Source: an uncultured Gemmatimonadales bacterium | Lineage (GTDB): Bacteria; Gemmatimonadota; Gemmatimonadetes; Gemmatimonadales; GWC2-71-9 | Assembly (NCBI GenBank): GCA_963792265.1 | Contig: CAWBVP010000002.1 | Span: forward strand, 101,331 to 165,330 | Direction of reading: 5' to 3' | Length of the DNA stretch: 64,000 bases | In this document: positions 9,401 to 19,987 of the stretch, one piece after another | How positions within the stretch are numbered: position 1 is the stretch's first letter | Layout of the letters: every line of letters begins with the position of its first letter | Translations under genes and position numbers: made by a program | The notes under the pieces: generated by a model | The model's database searches: none | What the model saw: only the letters and a program-made list of their open reading frames with translations | Told to the model about the DNA's origin: nothing

Positions 9401-9686
9401 CACCAGCACATCGGGCCGCCACGTGCTGGCTGCCGGGATGCTCACCACGGCCAAGCCGGTGCATACCAAGGCAGATGAGCCGATGGAATTTGTGACCTTC
9501 GATGATGGACACGGGTTAATCGAGGCGGTGCTGTTTCCGAAGGTCTATCGTGAGCGGGGTCACGTTCTGTTCGACCAGGGGCCCTTCATCTTCCGAGGCA
9601 AGGTAGAGGAGGAGTTCGGGGCGGTGACGCTCACACTGACCCACCTGGACCGGCTGGAGCGGGCCCGGGTCAGAGCTATCGCAGTG
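6496..9686 (+). CDS. dnaE2: error-prone DNA polymerase III alpha homolog (DnaE2/ImuC)
   Basis: PHP start MFTHLHVHSHFSFG, then GRGSVANSVVSYCLGITHVDP, PDIDLDF, VKIDLLGNRSLAVI, GYSFCKGHSCSYIQVA and an OB-fold tail. Pieces lie in at least 6 frames (6496-6810, 6758-, 7890-, 8476-8937, 8965-9234, 9233-). The stop is approximate. Confidence 0.8.
9127..9232. repeat. palindromic octamer-repeat element inside dnaE2
   Basis: A (CGGGGCAG)n left arm, core AACAGCACACC, and a (CCCCGCTG)n right arm. The arms pair perfectly over at least 20 bp. Confidence 0.8.
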
Positions 9687-10157
9687 AGCCGGCCGAGCGC
9701 TCGAAGACCATGTCGCCTTCCTGGGCAAAGCGGACCTTGCGGGTGCCGATTGGCGTGCGGAACGTGGCCCGGCCCCGGACCGCGAAGTTGTGGGTACCGG
9801 AGCCGAAGAGCCTGGAGATGCTCGGGCGTGGCGTGCTCCTCCAACGCCAAGGCCAGCGCCACCGTCGACACCGTGTCGGTCGCCACCTGCACGGTGCTGT
9901 CGCGCTTGAGACTGCCGATGGGAACCCCATCCAGACGAAGCGACAGCTCGACCTGCTCGGTGGAGAGCGGATAGTCGTTGGAGTTTTTCACCGCGAGGGC
10001 AATGATGACTGGAGTTGCTGACTGGCTGGATGCCTCCAGATTGAGCCGTGATCCCCGCGACCGTGACCACCGGGTCCTCGTACAGCCAGAGGCCGACCGG
10101 AGTACAGGCAGTTACCCAGCACAACCACGCCGCTCGACGCCATCCCGTGACTGCCAT
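9676..10157 (-). CDS. LEA_2/NDR1-HIN1-like lipoprotein
   Basis: Lipobox WLCWVTAC, then WLYEDPVVTVAGI, ALAVKNSNDYPL and FAVRGRATFRTPIG. It is spread over 3 frames. Confidence 0.5.
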
Positions 10158-10187
10158 TACACTCCCTGCTCCGTGGAGAAATGAGTA

Positions 10188-11364
10188 ATGCGTCTTTCCC
10201 CCATGCTGGCAGGACTCGGACTCTCGCTCAATCTGGTCCTGGGCGCCAGCGCCTGCAGCTCTCAGACCGGGCCGACCCTGCCGCAAGGGAGCGGCGCCCG
10301 GCTGCAGCAGGTGGTCGCCGGCCTGACCTTTCCGCTTTATCTGACGGCTCCGCCGGGGGACCTGAACCGGCTCTTCATTGTCGAGAAGGCCGGCAGCATT
10401 CGCATCGTCAAAGCCGGCACTCTCCTGCCCACCGCGTTCCTCGACATCAGCCCACAGGTATCCAACGTGCGGCGAACAAGGATTGCTCGGCCTGGCCTTC
10501 GATCCCAATTACGCCGCCAATGGACGTTTCTTCGTCCACTACTCCGACCCCCTTGGCAATACCCGGGTTTCCAGCTTCCAGGTTTCAGCGGACCCCGACA
10601 TTGCCAACCCGGGCAGCGAACAGATCATCCTGACCGCCACTCAGCCCTACGCCAACCACAACGGGGGACAGCTGCTGTTCGGCCCGGATGGGATGCTCTA
10701 CCTCGGCCTGGGCGACGGCGGGTCGGGCCGGCGATCCCCAGGGCCGGGGCCAGGATCGCTCCGACCTGCTCGGCTCCATCCTGCGCGTGGACGTGCAAGC
10801 CGGCTCTTCCTACACCGTGCCGGCGGACAATCCGTTCGTCGGGCAGGCCGGCGTTCGACCGGAGATCTGGAGCTACGGGCTGCGCAATCCCTGGCGCTTC
10901 AGCTTCGACCGGGGTAACGGGAGATCTGTACATCGCCGACGTGGGCGAGTCCCGGTTCGAGGAAGTCGACGTCGTCTCCTGCGGCGGAAGGAGCCGGCAA
11001 AGGCTTGAACTACGGCTGGAACCTGATGGAAGGGAAGCATTGCTTCATCACCAGCCCGTGCAACGAGACCGGACTCACCCTGCCGGTGCACGAGTACACC
11101 CATGGCCAGGGCTGCTCCATCACCGGCGGCTACGTCTATCGCGGCGCTGCCGTTCCAGCGCTTCAAGGCCTCTACTTCTTTGCCGACTTTTGCCAGGGGT
11201 GGGTTCGCAGCTTTCGCCTGGCGGGCGGGGCCGCCACCGAGCTGACCGACTGGCGGGTGCTCCAACCCGGTGGCTCGATCACCAGCTTCGGGGAAGATGC
11301 CGCCGGCGAGCTCTACCTGATGTCCACCAACGGCGGGGTCTTCAAGATCGTGCCGGAGCCGTGA
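10188..11364 (+). CDS. PQQ-dependent sugar (sorbosone/glucose) dehydrogenase, beta-propeller
   Basis: Lipoprotein signal, [48 protein letters not shown] and NYGWNLMEG. There are at least 4 frameshifts. Confidence 0.75.
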
Positions 11365-11370
11365 GCTCGT

Positions 11371-12300
11371 ATGGCAGGGATCAAGGCTGAGCCGTACAGC
11401 CTCGCAGATTTCGAGCGGCTCCGGGATCGCATCCCTCCGTTGATCCGCTTCGGGACCTCGACCTGGAATTATCCTGGCTGGCGTGGCTTGGTGTACCACC
11501 AGGACTATGGTCCCAAGGGGGCGGCGGCGAAGATGCTGAAGGAGTACGCCGCCTTTCCGCTCTTCGGTACCGTGGGGGTCGATTCCAGCTTCTACGGCCC
11601 TCCGACCGAAGCGGTGCTTCGAAGCTATGCCGAGCAGCTCCCGCCGGGCTTCCCCTGCGTGAGCAAGGTGTGGAGTCAGCTCACGGTGCACACCTTTACC
11701 AAGGCCCAGGATCCGGACCGCGCCGGTAAGGTCAACCCGGATTTCCTCAATCCGGATCTGTTCATCGAGGAGATTTACCAGCCGTACCAACGCCACTTCA
11801 GCGCGAACACCGGCCCCTTCGTCTTCGAGTTCCAGACCATCGCCAAGTCCAGCGGCATCGGTCCCCAGCGCTTTGCCGACCGGCTGGACGAGTTCTTATC
11901 TGCGCTGCCCCGCGAAGGGCAGTATGCCGTCGAGATCCGGAACGATGAGTTTCTCACTCCCATGTACTTCGCGGTGCTGCGAGAGCACGGCGTGGGCCAC
12001 GTCTTCAACTCGTGGACCCGGATGCCTCCCATCGGTCATCAGCTCGATCTGCCCGGGTCGATTCCGGCATCATTCATCGTGGCCCGTGCGTTATTGCGGC
12101 CGGGACGCACCTACAATGAGGCGGTGGACGCCTTCGCCCCCTACGACCGGATTCGGGAGCCGAACCCAAAGCTGCGGCGGGATCTGGTTCGGCTGGTGCA
12201 GGCAGCGGTAAATCAGCGGATTCCGGCCTATCTACTGGTCAATAACCGCACGGAGGGCAGCGCGCCGCTGACGATCGCGGCGATCGCCGAAATGCTTTGA
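11371..12300 (+). CDS. DUF72 (UPF0759) family protein
   Basis: Intact 309-aa ORF. FGTSTWNYPGW and VEIRNDEF are typical of DUF72. Confidence 0.8.
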   Translation: MAGIKAEPYSLADFERLRDRIPPLIRFGTSTWNYPGWRGLVYHQDYGPKGAAAKMLKEYAAFPLFGTVGVDSSFYGPPTEAVLRSYAEQLPPGFPCVSKVWSQLTVHTFTKAQDPDRAGKVNPDFLNPDLFIEEIYQPYQRHFSANTGPFVFEFQTIAKSSGIGPQRFADRLDEFLSALPREGQYAVEIRNDEFLTPMYFAVLREHGVGHVFNSWTRMPPIGHQLDLPGSIPASFIVARALLRPGRTYNEAVDAFAPYDRIREPNPKLRRDLVRLVQAAVNQRIPAYLLVNNRTEGSAPLTIAAIAEML

Positions 12301-13184
12301 TCAGTCGTCCTTGTCCGGCAGCCACAGGCTGACGCGACCACTTGCGCTCCTCGCCCGGCTGCAGGGTCTGCGCCGTATGCCAGTCCCGAACCGCGATGTC
12401 GAGGCGATCCGGGCGCTCCGATGCAGGGCTCCAGCGCGAGATTGTAGTAGGGAGGGCGGCCCGGCGGTGCCCAGCCCCGGCAGTTGATCCAGACCCCCAC
12501 CTGGGGGACCTGGTCGGGTGAGACCCCATCTCCAAACGCTCTCCCCGTCGGGGGTCGGTCAGAACCATCCGCCCCTCGCCGGCCAAAATCGCCGAAGAGC
12601 TTCACCGCCCAGCCCCCGCTCTCCGGAAAAGTGAATCGCCCGGCATCTCCTCCGATGGCGCCGGGCCAGCTCACTACATCGTTCTCGCTTAGGTCATCGC
12701 GCCCGTGCACCGCGGCGATCTTCACCTGGGTGACACCCGGAAGCTCCAGCACCGACCCTGGCTGAACGTTGAGCAGCGGGTGGGCCGACCAGATCCAGGG
12801 GAACGGCGTCGCGCCGGTGTGGCGGAGCGCATAGCTGCAGTCGCACGACCGGCTCGTCCGGGTCGAGGGTGACCGTGCGCTGAAACTCGTAGGGGAATAC
12901 GGTACCTTGCGCCGAGCCCGCGAGGGTGGTTCCCGTCTGCAGTCTCGTAGACCGAGCTGTCCCAGGGAGCGCTCCACAACTCGCCATGGTCCGGAAGCAG
13001 TGGTGTCCCCGGCGGCGCTCCGGGAATCGGGACACGCCCCCACGGTAGGAAAGCACTCGTCCCAGCCCCCGCTGTCCGCGGTCTCCACGTATGAGGCCCC
13101 CGGTTTGGGCGGCGCCAGCGGGATCTGGTCGCTGCGCCAGAGCCACTCCCGCCCGTTGAGCCGCCGCAGGTTGGTGAGCTTCAT
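12301..13184 (-). CDS. galactose-mutarotase-like (aldose epimerase superfamily) protein
   Basis: MKLTNLRRLNGREWLW, GGWDECFPTVG and YYNLALEPCIGAP. There are several frame changes. The reconstructed end ...SLWLPDKDD stops at 12301. Confidence 0.4.
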
Positions 13185-13254
13185 CCCGATGGCCGGGACC
13201 GCCACGATTTCAACCTGAGTCGAGCGAAGGGCGACTGCTGGAAAGCCGGAGACG

Positions 13255-13948
13255 TTAGTCTGACGGTAAGGACATGCCCAAAAGCTCGCACCGGCCAGGT
13301 GCCGAAGCCGGCGACTTTGGCCGGCACCGCAAAGAAGCGGAAATCCTGCTGAGGAAGGCTGGCGAGATTGCACATGTGCTCGACGATCGGCACCTCGGCG
13401 CCGAGCAGGGTCGAATGGACCGGGCGGGTCGAGATCCTCGGTGTCGTCGATGTTGAGGGAATCGATGCCGACCAGCGTGACGCCCTGACTCACCAGATAT
13501 TCCGCCGCATCGCCGCTGAGAAACGGATGCCCTGAGAGGTAGCGCTCGGTGCGCCAGTGCGCGTCCCACCCGGTCTGCACCAGCACCGCCTTGCCCCGGA
13601 CCTCCACGTCTTCGAATGCCGACCGGCCGATCGGGCGCCCGGCGCCCGGCGGGATCCGCACCACTACCGCATCGAGATCTGCCAACGATTCCAGCGGAAG
13701 TTGAGCCAGGTCCTTGCCATCGGCATACCGATGGAACGGCGAGTCGATGTAAGTGCCGGTGTTGGCCACCATCTCGATCTTGCCGATCTGGAACTCCACC
13801 CCTGGCGCATACCGGCTCCGGGAGGCCTCCCGACTCAGGTAGTCGCAGATGATCGGGCCGGGAAGACCGGGATACGTGGTCATCCCGTGCTCGACGGTAT
13901 GGCTGAGGTCGACTAAAGCGGCCCGCTGCCCGCCTGCCCCGCTGCCCC
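13255..13948 (-). CDS. cyclase family protein (kynurenine formamidase-like)
   Basis: VDLSHTVEHGMTTYPG, GTYIDSPFH and LVGIDSLNID. The N-terminus is formed by a half palindromic element, and the C-terminal frame is uncertain. Confidence 0.6.
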
Positions 13949-13956
13949 GCCTACCC
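13918..13956. repeat. single arm of the octamer-repeat element
   Basis: The minus strand reads GGGTAGGCGGGGCAGCGGGGCAGGCGGGCAGCGGGCC. It spans the ispH stop and the cyclase 5' end. Confidence 0.55.
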
Positions 13957-15159
13957 AAGCGCCGCCTCCAGATCCACCCCGGCGACGGCACAGATCCGCG
14001 CGATGGTCTCACCCATCTTGTTGTTCGGGGTCGACGCCCCGGCGGTGATCCCGATGACGCTTGAAGACCCCAGCCATCCCTCGGTCACTGACCTCCGATT
14101 TGGTGCCGATCGGCTGGTGCCGGATTGCGCCGGTGGTCGACATCCACCGCTTCGGCATCCTCGATGTGGTAGGCGAGCCACCCCGTGCTGCCGGACCAGC
14201 GCAGCCAGGTGGCAGGTATTGCTGGAGTTGTATCCGCCTACCACGACCATCAGGTCGAGCGGCTCCTGCAGCAATGCGAGCACCGCGTCCTGCCGCTCCT
14301 GGGTTGCGGAGCAGATGGTGTCGAAGGAACGAAAGTGCTGGTCAATGGATTCGGCCCGTACCGCCGGACCATGCTCTTCCGCACCTCCTCAGCGATGGCC
14401 AGCGATTCGCCGGAGAGCATGGTGGTCTGGTTGGCCAGTCCTACCCGGGTCAGGTCCCGCTCGAAATCGAAGCCGGGTGACACCGCCTTGCCGAACCGGG
14501 CTTCCAGCGGAGCGAAGGTCTCCGCCCCGCTCGATGAAGTCGCAGATCATCCGAGCTTCGGTCATGTCGAGCACCACCAGATAGCGGCCGCCCGGATACT
14601 TCATGACCTGGCTGGCCGTGGCCTTGGTCTCTTCGTGGTAATGCTTGCCATGGATGATGGCGGTGAAGCCGTCCCTGGCGTAACTCTCGACCCGCTTCCA
14701 GACGTTCAGCACCGAGCCGCAGGTGGTGTCCACCAGCACGCAGCCGATAGCCCGGAGCCGCTCGAAGTCCCCTATGGTCACCCCAAAGGCCGGCATGATG
14801 ACCACGTCGTCCGGCGTCACCGCGGAAAAGTCGAACTCACCACCATCGCGGTGGTCCAGGAGGGTGATCCCCATGTTGCGGAGCTTCTCGTTGACGTGGG
14901 GATTGTGAATGATCTCGCCCACCAGGAAGAGCCGGCGGCCGGGAAACTTGGTCCGGGTCTCATAGGCGTATTCGACGGCCCGATCCACCCCGTAGCAGAA
15001 GCCGAATTCGCGGGCCAGGCGGAAGGTCAGCCGCCCTACCTGTAGCCGATAATCGTTGGCCTTGAGCGACTCGACGATGCCGCTGTGGTAGTCGGCGCTG
15101 AGCCGGCCGGCGATCTCGCTCTTGAGGCCGAAACCCTTACGGAAGTAGGTGTTCTCCAT
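13951..15159 (-). CDS. ispH: 4-hydroxy-3-methylbut-2-enyl diphosphate reductase
   Basis: FGFCYGVDRAV, VGEIIHNPHV, CGSVLNVW, GLANQTTML, VVGGYNSSNT and GASTPN. At least 3 frameshifts (14389-15159, 14250-14483, 13951-14283). Confidence 0.85.
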
Positions 15160-15162
15160 GCG

Positions 15163-15766
15163 TCAATGTACTACGGTGCAACCGGGCTCGGGCGAGGGAT
15201 GAATGGTAAGCCCCTGAAAGGTCCCCCGGACCGTCACCCGTTGGGTATCGATCACCGAACGCGCGCCTGCCGTCACACTGCCGCCTAGCTCGCCTGACGG
15301 GGAACGGTCCAGAAAAACCGTCCCGGTGTCTCCCTGAAAGCCCTTGACCGCATTTTGGGTGAACCACCGGAGGGCCACAGCCGCAGCCGGGGGCAGGCTC
15401 TCTGCCCGGGGAGGATCCACCACCCGGTACCGCCCCGGCGAGGAGAGTGTCCTTAGGGTAGAGCGCGAAGGCGATGCCGGTATCGCCCTGAACCGCGCGG
15501 ATCTCCAGTACTCGTCGGTCGGGGCACCATTCAGCGCTGGCCGGGGCCGAGATCTTTCCCTGGTCTGGTCCGCTCCAGGTTGCTTCCAGGTGGCCGCCTT
15601 GGGCCGGCCTTTGCGGCAGCCAGCCACAGCCGCCGAGCAGGACAGAAAGGGCAACCCACCCCGAGGCGATACGATGCCTCAGGAGGTCGGGAGCCGGGTG
15701 AACGTGGTGTGTTGAAGAAGTAGGAGAAGGAAGGTGGTGCCGAGAAGCTACGAGGTTTGCGCCCAT
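15163..15766 (-). CDS. hypothetical lipoprotein
   Basis: Lipobox ALSVLLGGCGW. The two frames 15137-16108 and 15163-15654 join near 15450. The start is uncertain. Confidence 0.3.
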
Positions 15767-16205
15767 TTGCTCCGGCCGTCGCGATGAAGCCCGTACGCCT
15801 TCAGCCGGCGCCAGAGGGTGGTACGGCTGATACCCAGCGAACGAGCGGTCTCGGCGAGCTTCCAGCCGTGCGCGTCGAGTGTCTTGACGATAGCCTCTTT
15901 CTCTCCGCGGCCAACGTAGTGGCGCCGGCCAGTCCGGGAATGAACATGGCCTCCCCCAGCTCGAGCCCGCCAACCCGCAGAGGGCGGAGGCGGCCGCCGA
16001 GGGCGGCCAACCGGGGCTGGAGATCGGGTGCCCCTTCGGACAGATCCATGCCGGACAGAGCCTCCCGGGCCGGCTGATTGGAGTACAGCAGCCGTCCTTC
16101 GACGTCAAAAACCACGACTCCCTCGCTGAACCCGTCCAGCAGGGCCTTGGCCAAGGGGGAAAAGACTGAGGGCATAGTCGGATAAAGCGACAGGGTCTCG
16201 GGCAT
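15748..16205 (-). CDS. PAS-like sensor fused to a Fis-type HTH regulator
   Basis: The N-terminus has GVVVFDVEGRLLYSNQPA. After a frameshift the C-terminus reads EAIVKTLDAHGWKLAETARSLGISRTTLWRRLKAYGL. Confidence 0.55.
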
Positions 16206-16295
16206 AGTTCAAAGATACGGGTACAGGGGCCGTCTGGTTTCCTGACTATCTAGACGCTCAGGACCCGGCATGGTGCACAATGCGCCGTTGCGCCT

Positions 16296-17219
16296 TTACT
16301 CTCCCACCGGTTCTACCGGGATCTCCCGATGCTGCCGAAGCTCGGCCAGAATCACCAAGCCCAGGCCGGTGAAAATGGCCAGTCCGGCAACCACCGCCCG
16401 GGTGGTCAGCCGCTCACCCTGGAGCACCAGTGGCGCCACCGCCGCCGCAATGAGCGGCTGGAGGTAGATGTAGACTGTTACCAGGTTGGAGGACACTCGT
16501 TGCAGCGCCCAGATGTTGAGCAGGTAGCTCACGATGGTGGGGAAGATCACGATGTAGCCCACCCAGAGCCACACGGGACCGCTGATGGTCGACAGCTGCA
16601 AGCTCCGCATGGCGATCACCCCGAAAGGCAGGACACCGAACGAGGCGAACAACATCACATAGAAGCTCACCGTGATCGGCTGGTACCGGCCAACCACCGA
16701 TCGCGCGTAGAGGAAGTAGGCGGCATAGCAGACCATGCCCAGCACGATGAGGGCGTTCCCCAGCGCCACGTCGGGAGCGAGTGAGATGCGATCGGGACCG
16801 ATCAGGTAAATCGTGCCCAGAGCAGCCAGGCCAATGCCGGCGAACTTGAGCGCCGAAGGCGGCTCCCTCCGGGTGAGCACCCCGCCAAGGACCGTAAAAA
16901 CCGGGACGGTAGTCACCAGAATGGTGGCGTTGATGGCGGTGGTGTGCCGTAACCCATAGAGGAAGAGGGTCTGGTTGGCAGCGATGCCGAGCAGACCAAG
17001 TACGGCCAACCGGAGCAGGTCGCCCCGGTCCCGCACCCACTGACCTCCGGTTGCCGCATTGACGAGAAAGAGGACTGCGGTGGCTCCCAGCACCCGAAAG
17101 CAGACCAGGGCACCAGCAGGGAAATGCGGAAGCACAAACCGGCCGGCGATAGCCAGGCTGGCAAAGAGAAGCTGGACCACCACGAGGGCAAGGTGGACCA
17201 GCGGCTTGGCCGGGGACAT
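16296..17219 (-). CDS. DMT-superfamily (EamA) transporter
   Basis: Intact 307 aa with 10 predicted TM segments and duplicated EamA-like halves. Confidence 0.85.
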   Translation of the reverse strand: MSPAKPLVHLALVVVQLLFASLAIAGRFVLPHFPAGALVCFRVLGATAVLFLVNAATGGQWVRDRGDLLRLAVLGLLGIAANQTLFLYGLRHTTAINATILVTTVPVFTVLGGVLTRREPPSALKFAGIGLAALGTIYLIGPDRISLAPDVALGNALIVLGMVCYAAYFLYARSVVGRYQPITVSFYVMLFASFGVLPFGVIAMRSLQLSTISGPVWLWVGYIVIFPTIVSYLLNIWALQRVSSNLVTVYIYLQPLIAAAVAPLVLQGERLTTRAVVAGLAIFTGLGLVILAELRQHREIPVEPVGE

Positions 17220-17240
17220 CCGGTCGGGTCGAGGCCCTAG

Positions 17241-19861
17241 CTACCGACGCGGGCGCCCCCGAGGTCCGCCGCCTCGCCGGGCCCGATGGCCCTGCCGCTG
17301 ACGCCGCCGTCCGCCGCGGTGGCGGCCAGGATCAGAGTCCTCGTCAGCGTGGGTCCGGGGAGACCGCCGCAACATTTCTTGCAGCGCAGGGATGGTATCC
17401 GCCAGGATCGGCGGATGGCGCCCCCGCTGTACCGCAAAACGGAGGGGCCGATCCAGCCGCGGCAGCTCGTCCGCCCGTAGCCGCTTGGCCTGGCCCTCCC
17501 GCAGCCGGACCCGGGCGACGCCCTCTCCGTTCTGGATCTCGTAGTCGAGCGGCACCGCGTCGCCCCGGACATGCAGGCTCCCGGGCAACGCCTGCAGCCG
17601 CTCCCGGTCTTCGACGCCCACCAGCTCCGCCGGGTCGAGCACGATCCGGGTGCGGAGGAACTCATCCCAGCTGCTGACGCCTTCGAGCTGGCGTCGGATC
17701 AGGGCGCGCAATGCGCTCCGGCGCCAGCTCTTTCAGGGTGCCGCCCGACCGGCGCCAGAGCTCATCCAGCTCCGCCAGGGTCCGGCGCAGCCGGTTCTGA
17801 TCGGGATGGATGGTCTCTCCCCTGATGAGCGCCTCGGTGAGCGCATCACGAGCTGCCGGCAGCAGCTCGGCGGGGATCTTTCCCTCGATCGGCTCGATCT
17901 CGGTGTCCAGCTCGAACCCGAAGTAGCTGCGCCGGCGCTCGACCATCAGGGCCTGATGCTTTCGGGGCCCGCCCAAGACGATCCTGAGGTGACCCCAGCG
18001 TGGCATACTTCCGCACCAAATCGTACGACAGAGTGGTTCCCTCGATTGCGGCGCGGGGGACCCCGAAACGATCAGCGAAGTAGCGCAGCGTCCCGGCCAC
18101 CGCACCCCAGCTTCCCGCCACCGAGGTCTTGGAGACTCTCGCCTCCTGACCATCGGCGGTGTGCTCGTCGATCACCAGGTCGAACGGCATGAAGCGGGCG
18201 AGCAGATCGGCCCAGTCCCGCCGCACATCCTTCGAGGCGTAGGGCAGCTGCTTGGGCAAGGGCAGCTCGAGCGACCGGTAGACTGACGCCAAGCCCAGGG
18301 CAGTGTCCTCGATCGCCTTCACCAGGACCCCACGACGCTCGGCCCACTCGGCGAGACCATCCTCGAATAGATGGCGGGGCAAGCCATACACCTCGCCCAG
18401 GTAGCCGTGCTGGTTGACCGCCTCGGCATAGAGATTGTAAGCCGTGAGGTGGTCACTGCCGTTGACGATCACCCCATGGAGGTCGCGCTCCTCCCGGGTC
18501 ATCCGATGGAGCGACTCGATGTTGGAGGAGACGGCAACCATCGGAATCAGCTCTTCGCCCGCATGGACCAGCAGCTCGCCCCAGGGCCGTTCTACCGGAA
18601 GCGCCTCGACCTCTCGTCCATAGCTGGTCAACTTCCCGTTCTCGATCAGGCCTCGGCTGGTGAGCAGTGTGATCGCCCGATTGTAAGCGGTGCGATCGAG
18701 CGGCACCGGAAGGTCCAGATCCCTGGCGTCGACCCCCAGTGCAGCACAGGTGATGGCAACCCGTTCGGCGTCACCCGCCAACTGGAACTCAGGCGGGGTG
18801 GGCCGAAGCGATTCGAACACGAGGTTTCGGTCACTCAGAATGACCACCTCGCCATTGGGCACCCGGCCGTGGACCCGGCCGGCCATCTGGAGAATCTCGT
18901 TGGCACCGAGATACAGCCGGTGCAGCACGTTGCGGCCGCGGTCGACCACATTGCCGTAGCGGGCGTCGTAGATCACAACGGTATTGAGACCTCGAACGTT
19001 GAGCGCCGACTGGCCGGCCGCGGTCATCGCCAACAGGAAGGGACGCTCGACCTCGCCCTCCAGAAAGGGGCGAATCACTCTGATCGGCTCCCCCCGTGAT
19101 AAAACGCCGTCGTGAGCCGGGGCCACTGGGATCCGAGACCCTCGGCCAGCTTTTCGACTTCGGCGCGGGTGGGAACGAAGACCGCGACCCCCCGCTTCTC
19201 CTTCATTAGATGGCGGATATAGCGGTCGTTCAGGAATTCGTCAGGCTGCTGGGGGAGCACCTGCACTTTGGCCTTCAGGGCGGGATCGAAGGCCTGGGTC
19301 ACCAGCACTTCCTTAGCTGTTCAGGTATTGAGCGTAGAACGTCGGATCCACTGTGGCGCTCAGCCAGATGAAGCGGCAGCCCGCCCGCTTGCCCAGCGCA
19401 AGGCAGAGCTCCAGCTCGGCCGAGGTCTGGTGGATCTCGTCGACCACGATGGTGTCCCGTCCGGTGATCAGGTCATCCTGAAACCAGCGACGAGCTATAC
19501 CGGTGGTCACGATCACCACATTCCAGTTGGGAGTTTCCGGGGTGGCCTCCCGCTCGCGATTGACCACTCCGGCGTAGAGCGGCTCCCGCAGAATGGACTC
19601 GGCGATGGATCGGATACCCAGTGTTTTACCGGTGCCGGTTCCCGCCACGATGCCGAAGGCAATTCCCGCTCCGGCCCACTGGCGCAGCTCCTCGCCGTGC
19701 TCCCGCTCGAGCAGGGTATCTACCTGGAGACTGAGAGCCAGCTCGATCGTCTCGCACGCCGCCCGGGTGGGAGCGATGACGATAATCCGGCCCTTGGGAT
19801 GGGGAGCGAGGCGATAGGCGTTGGGATCGGGCGGGAGATGGTGGTCGCGGGAAGGATGCAT
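17241..19861 (-). CDS. DEAH-box (HrpA/HrpB-like) helicase-related protein
   Basis: Walker A GTGTGKT, the DEIH box, and MTAAGQSALNVRG..QMAGRVHG. Pieces are 19313-19861, 19075-19308, 17846-19126, 17662-18153 and 17241-17711. Confidence 0.75.
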
Positions 19862-19872
19862 GCGTAAAGGAA

Positions 19873-19985
19873 GGCGGTAGGGCGGTAGGGCGGTAGGGCG
19901 GCAATTCAGGAACGGCGAATGCAGGGGAACTCACCGCTCTTATTACCAGAACTCTACCGCCTTACCGCCCTACCGCCTTACCGCC
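19873..19985. repeat. intergenic palindromic element with GGCGGTAG octamer arms
   Basis: (GGCGGTAG)x3.5 at 19873-19901 and the complementary (YTACCGCC)x4 at 19954-19985, with a 52-nt AT-richer centre. Confidence 0.75.
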
Positions 19986-19987
19986 TT

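Noticed and set aside
6496-9686. dnaE2 as a genuine multi-hit pseudogene.
   Set aside because: Its frameshift density equals that of essential genes in the same window, and all catalytic blocks are conserved. I cannot distinguish this from assembly error without reads.
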